Assembly: GCA_022709735.1 (NCBI GenBank)
Contig: JAKLIG010000004.1
Location: 66,240 to 118,704, forward strand
Direction of reading: 5' to 3'
From: Patescibacteria group bacterium
GTDB lineage: Bacteria; Patescibacteriota; Minisyncoccia; Moranbacterales; UBA2206
DNA: 52,465 bases
The translations under genes and the position numbers were made by a program. The stretch's first letter is position 1, and the number at the start of each line of letters is the position of its first letter. The notes under the pieces were generated by a model that saw only the letters and a list, made by a program, of their open reading frames with translations, did not search any database and had not been told where the DNA came from. Below, piece after piece: positions 52,133 through 52,465 of the stretch.

Positions 52133-52465
52133 CTACTCCCCAATCTTCTTCACCCACCCAAAGGTAGATTCAAAGTTAGAGACAATGAGATCAAGCACGG
52201 ATTGTTGTTTGGCCGGAGTAAGCAGGGAATAGTTTTCTGAAATTGAGATGTTATCATGTTTGTCGAATGAGGCCACTTTGAATTGATAGACACTCGCTGG
52301 TTTTAGATCAGTCAGGACAAAGAGATGGTTATTGATAAGATCTTCTTTCTTAAGTAGTTTCCAATTAGGGATAGATTTGGTATCTTTGTTTTTTAGTTGT
52401 TCATCTAAAGAGGGATCTTTCTCTACTCCTTCCCGATAAGCCAGGAGGGAGTTAGAACTTTTATC
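52133..52465 (-). CDS. FN3/Ig-like repeat protein, partial (N-terminus beyond right window edge)
   Basis: Own translation of the minus strand, open from 52465 to TAG at 52135-52133: ...NHLFVLTDLKPASVYQFKVASFDKHDNISISENYSLLTP..., the fibronectin-III-like strand pattern. Confidence 0.5.
   Translation of the reverse strand, partial: DKSSNSLLAYREGVEKDPSLDEQLKNKDTKSIPNWKLLKKEDLINNHLFVLTDLKPASVYQFKVASFDKHDNISISENYSLLTPAKQQSVLDLIVSNFESTFGWVKKIGE

Noticed and set aside
1-52465. Alternative genetic code (UGA sense), as in some candidate phyla
   Set aside because: Long housekeeping ORFs are intact under the standard code. TGA also ends ORFs directly before terminators, e.g. at 36853-36855.

Overview
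AT-rich window (about one-third G+C by eye), gene-dense with short intergenic regions and standard genetic code (TGA is used as a stop followed by a terminator, e.g. 36853-36855). The content looks like a reduced-genome, CPR/Patescibacteria-like bacterium. Most genes are housekeeping: ileS, argS, thrS, gatB, dnaE, rnhB, miaA, a miaB-like gene, secE-nusG-rplK-rplA, HU, gap, lysC-asd, ribH-ribE-riboflavin kinase, an RND efflux pair, tRNA-Ala(UGC) and tRNA-Ile(GAU). Unusual points: (1) a complete Nudix domain sits inside the IleRS reading frame. (2) Several families of short palindromic or tandem repeats lie in frame inside essential genes (ileS, argS, rnhB, dnaE, miaB-like, miaA, gatB), and the same units also occur in intergenic DNA. 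(3) A three-copy, same-strand element of about 170 nt forms a long hairpin whose arms differ between copies but stay self-complementary. (4) A 102-nt palindromic leader is duplicated (101/102 identical) up to and including the start codons of rplK and a P-loop kinase gene. (5) The thrS leader has a canonical T-box antiterminator. (6) A deoxynucleotide-metabolism cluster at 32.5-39.1 kb has a divergent ThyA-family enzyme and two GalT/HIT-like genes, one of them a GC-rich island with its own promoter and terminators and a degenerate His motif. (7) An 835-aa protein fuses a PP-loop ATPase domain to MurD, next to a D-aminoacylase. (8) A two-subunit [NiFe]-hydrogenase operon lies next to desulfoferrodoxin; its large subunit ends exactly at the DPCxxCxxH histidine, and the nearby HypA-like protein has no zinc module. 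No CRISPR array, transposase, integrase or rRNA gene was seen. All calls come from reading the sequence and recalled family motifs; no database search was run.
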